Part shown: positions 61,021 to 64,000 of the stretch, in pieces
Position numbering within the stretch: position 1 is the first letter of the stretch
How the letters are laid out: every line of letters starts with the position of its first letter
From: a bacterium
Lineage (GTDB): Bacteria; Zhuqueibacterota; Zhuqueibacteria; Oceanimicrobiales; Oceanimicrobiaceae
Length of the DNA stretch: 64,000 nucleotides
Assembly: GCA_037446635.1 (NCBI GenBank)
Contig: JBBIIG010000016.1
Span: 1 to 64,000 of the forward strand
Direction: 5' to 3'
The notes under the pieces: model-generated
Databases searched by the model: none
Told to the model about the DNA's origin: nothing
What the model saw: only the letters and a program-made list of their open reading frames with translations
Position numbers and translations under genes: made by a program

Positions 61021-62790
61021 TCACCTCACCAAAAGCATCTTCTTTATTTCACTAAATCTCCCCAACTCAATTTTGTAAAAATACAAACCGCTGGGCGCTG
61101 CATCGCCGCGATCATTTGTCCCATCCCAGAACGCCGAATAGCGGCCGGCCGTTTGAGTTTCATCAACCAACGTTTTGACTTTCTGTCCCAAGATGTTGAA
61201 GACGTACAATCGAACATGAAACTCCGCCGGCAGCTCGTAGCGAATTTCGGTGCTGGGGTTAAATGGATTGGGGAAATTCTGGTGAAGCTGGAAGAATTTG
61301 GGAAGAGGCTCGGGTATTTCCTCCCCTTCCGCATTGAGAGAAAGACTGAAGTTGCTTGCGGCCATCAGCCTTGCCCAGCCCGCATTATATTTCATAGTTG
61401 AAACGCTGGCCAGGTGCCCCGGCCCCAAACCGCCTACTACCGCAATGATAACCTCCTGAGTATCGCCCAGCGCCATTGAAAATGGGCCTGTGACTAAATG
61501 CATCCGGCGATCATCCGGATTTGCGTCAAGCCAACCCGTGCCCGTGACCGGGTCGCCGGGCACCCGAAATTTTGTCGGCTTACCGGTTGGATCAAGCCAG
61601 GGATCGGGGAGACATTCTGGCCTTGGCCTGTAACTGCGGAAAAGATTCCACCATTGTAGCGCGCTGAACGGAGGCCTCTCTGGACTAGCGCTAAAAAAAG
61701 CAAAAGCGTCCATGCCGCGATTTAGCGCGCCTCTTACTTCGCGCAAATTGAACCGGGCTTCATCTTGTGGGTTCCCGGTAAATACCCGTGGGCCTTGAAC
61801 CAGTACGTAGCCAATCGCGGGCGGCGGTAAATTGAACTCTTGAAATACCGGGTCGAAGGTGGAGTTGTAACAGTAGCCGATGGAACGAAGGGTGTCGCAG
61901 CCAACCAGATCGTCTCCCAAATAGCCCACGTCTGGGTCGGAAAACTGCGCAACATACATGCTATCGATGTGTGCGGTATCGGGAGTGGCGATCGTGCCTT
62001 TGTAGATGAGGCGGTATCGTTTGAAGATGATGTTTTGTAACGCCTCCGTTAACGGGGAACCGCGGCGATTATATGCCCACAAGGTTACCTGGACTTCCAG
62101 CCCTATTGGCGGCGATCCGTACAAGGCTAAGGTGGAAATTGAATCCAAATCATTGGCAACGAACCAGACCACTTGATCGGCCTGTGCCAGCCCCGGCTCT
62201 TCGCCGTCATCCATCATGCCGTTATGATTGGTATCATAAAACGGCGCACCTTTTTGCCACGGCTACTCCAGCCAGTCTGTTTCATATTGCGCACGAACAA
62301 AATTGATTTCGGCGTCGGTTATGCTATCCGGCAAAAGGTTAAAAAACTCAGCGGCGTCCTGTTCGAGATCGGCGGTTTGCCAGTCTCGGCGGATCCGCCA
62401 GATTCTCACGTCCGGGGCAACTGGGTCTTCGGCCACACCTCTTTCAATAATTCTTCCCGGCAGTAATCCTGAAGAATAAACCGTTCCGCCAACTCGGGTA
62501 AACGATGGTGCAGGAGGAAAAATGCATCCAACTCCAATCAGCCTGCCGTCTTTGACCTGGCCTCCCCAAAGAACGCCATCGCTGAAAATTACGCTACCGG
62601 TACCTCGTGGGTAAGTAGCTCCTGGTCCACCTGAAGGATCATTCGCGGTGACACCATCTTCGTGAATCCACATTGAAAGTTTGTTGATGGTGACCAGGGT
62701 TGCGCCGACGTCCTCATTAGACCGCAGAAATTTCGCCTGGCCGAATAGCCAGGATGTTTGTAGTATCCAAATGATTAGAATAAACTTCAT
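61021..62790 (-). pseudogene. Secreted protein with FlgD-like C-terminal domain, interrupted by an in-frame TAG at 62263-62265
   Basis: YETDWLE*PWQKGAPFYDTNHNGMMDDGEEPG joins the two ORFs in frame; signal peptide in the 5' part, QNFPNPFNP in the 3' part. Confidence 0.8.
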
Positions 62791-62952
62791 TTTGGGCGCG
62801 AAAAAGAGTTACTCATTTTAATATTTTTTCACCAACGTATCGTGGCTGAAATTTCGCCTACAATTTAAAGTTGCCTGAGTTCAAAATCAAAATAAATTAT
62901 TTCGTTAGTAAAAAATAACGTTTATTTTCAAGTGTCTAATTCCAAAAATAAC

Positions 62953-62981
62953 TTGCGAATGGCGCGATATTTCTTTATATT
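62953..62981 (+). promoter_or_regulatory. sigma70-type promoter of ffh
   Basis: TTGCGA-N17-TATATT, 27 nt before the ATG. Confidence 0.55.
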
Positions 62982-63008
62982 GCCTTCCGCATTTTTAAGA
63001 TTTCAGGC

Positions 63009-64000
63009 ATGTTTCAAGAACTTACTGAAAAATTTGAAGACGTTTTCAAGAAGCTGCGCGGGCACGGCAAGCTGACGGAGACCAACATCTCCGAAACCAT
63101 GCGCGAAGTGCGCCGCATTTTGTTGGAAGCCGATGTCAATTTCAAGGTGGCGAAGGACTTTATTGCCCGGGTGCAGGAACGGGCGCTGGGCCAGGAAGTT
63201 TTAAGAAGCATCACGCCGGCGCAGTTGGTCATTAAAATCATTCATGATGAGTTGGTGACGTTGATGGGCGCCGCGGATGCGGGGTTGGTATCGCCAAGTT
63301 TACCGCCCACCACGATTATGTTGGTGGGATTGCAGGGTTCCGGCAAAACTACGTTGGCCGGCAAATTAGCAAAATTTCTTAAAAACAAAGGGCGAAACCC
63401 GCTGCTGGTGGCGGCCGATCTTCAACGTCCGGCGGCGGTGGAGCAATTGCAGATAGTGGGTGAACAAGCGGGGGTCGACGTGTTCGCTCAAAAAGACAGT
63501 ACGCCCGTGCAGGTTTGCAGCGACGCGGTGAAATTTGCCCGTAAAGATGGTTTCGACGCCGTCATTCTCGATACCGCCGGCCGTTTACACATTGACGAAG
63601 AACTGATGGCCGAGCTTTCTCAGATTAAAGAGCAGGCTCACCCACACGAAATTTTGTTCGTCGCCGACGGCATGACCGGGCAGGATGCGGTCAACACCGC
63701 GCAGGAATTCACGCGGCGATTGGATATTACCGGTATCGTATTAACCAAGCTCGATGGCGATGCCCGCGGCGGCGCGGCGCTCTCCATTCGCGCGGCGACC
63801 GGCAAGCCCATTAAATTCATCAGCGTCGGTGAAAAATTAGACGCGCTGGAAAAATTTCACCCCGAGCGCCTGGCCTCACGCATCTTGGGAATGGGCGACG
63901 TGGTTTCGCTGGTGGAAAAGGCCCAGCAGGCGGTGGATGTTGAAAAAGCGCAGAAATTAGAAAAGAAACTGCGCCGCCAGGAGTTCACGCTGGAAGATTT
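63009..64000 (+). CDS. ffh: Signal recognition particle protein (partial, runs off the window)
   Basis: MFQELTEKF...'LLEADVNFKV', GLQGSGKTT, DTAGR, TKLDGDARGG; absent from the ORF track because it has no stop. Confidence 0.96.
   Translation, partial: MFQELTEKFEDVFKKLRGHGKLTETNISETMREVRRILLEADVNFKVAKDFIARVQERALGQEVLRSITPAQLVIKIIHDELVTLMGAADAGLVSPSLPPTTIMLVGLQGSGKTTLAGKLAKFLKNKGRNPLLVAADLQRPAAVEQLQIVGEQAGVDVFAQKDSTPVQVCSDAVKFARKDGFDAVILDTAGRLHIDEELMAELSQIKEQAHPHEILFVADGMTGQDAVNTAQEFTRRLDITGIVLTKLDGDARGGAALSIRAATGKPIKFISVGEKLDALEKFHPERLASRILGMGDVVSLVEKAQQAVDVEKAQKLEKKLRRQEFTLED

Noticed and set aside
12536..62265. Genome-wide TAG reassignment suggested by three in-frame TAGs
   Set aside because: TAG ends genes at their canonical C-termini here (permease ALRYE*, nuoK MKW*, korA, nuoJ), so it is a working stop codon.
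1..64000. rRNA, tRNA, prophage or integron
   Set aside because: None recognised by eye; a tRNAscan/Rfam run would be needed to exclude small RNAs.

Overview
64 kb of a bacterial chromosome, probably KSB1/Calditrichota-like. This is inferred from several secreted proteins with the 'QNYPNPFNP...FlgD-Ig' C-terminal sorting domain. Housekeeping content: thrC, glpD, korAB, pncA/pncB, tricorn protease, ftsH, queD, nuoJKLMN, pepA, ffh, and an ECF sigma/anti-sigma/Spy/MacAB-like locus with two copies of its own promoter motif. The most notable feature is a ~1.9 kb element (47848-49759) bounded by 20-bp terminal inverted repeats. It carries only two paralogous DUF1670-type genes and no recognisable DDE, HUH or serine transposase. 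It has no target-site duplication, a fold-back hairpin over its first start codon, and an internal promoter followed by a structured ~100-nt candidate ncRNA at its 3' end. It is a candidate new class of insertion sequence. Also present: many toxin-antitoxin remnants with the toxin destroyed, a family of 33-bp doubly palindromic REP-like elements, 18-bp palindromes inserted in frame into coding genes, and an unusually high density of nonsense, frameshift and deletion lesions. All family assignments come from motif recognition; no searches were run.
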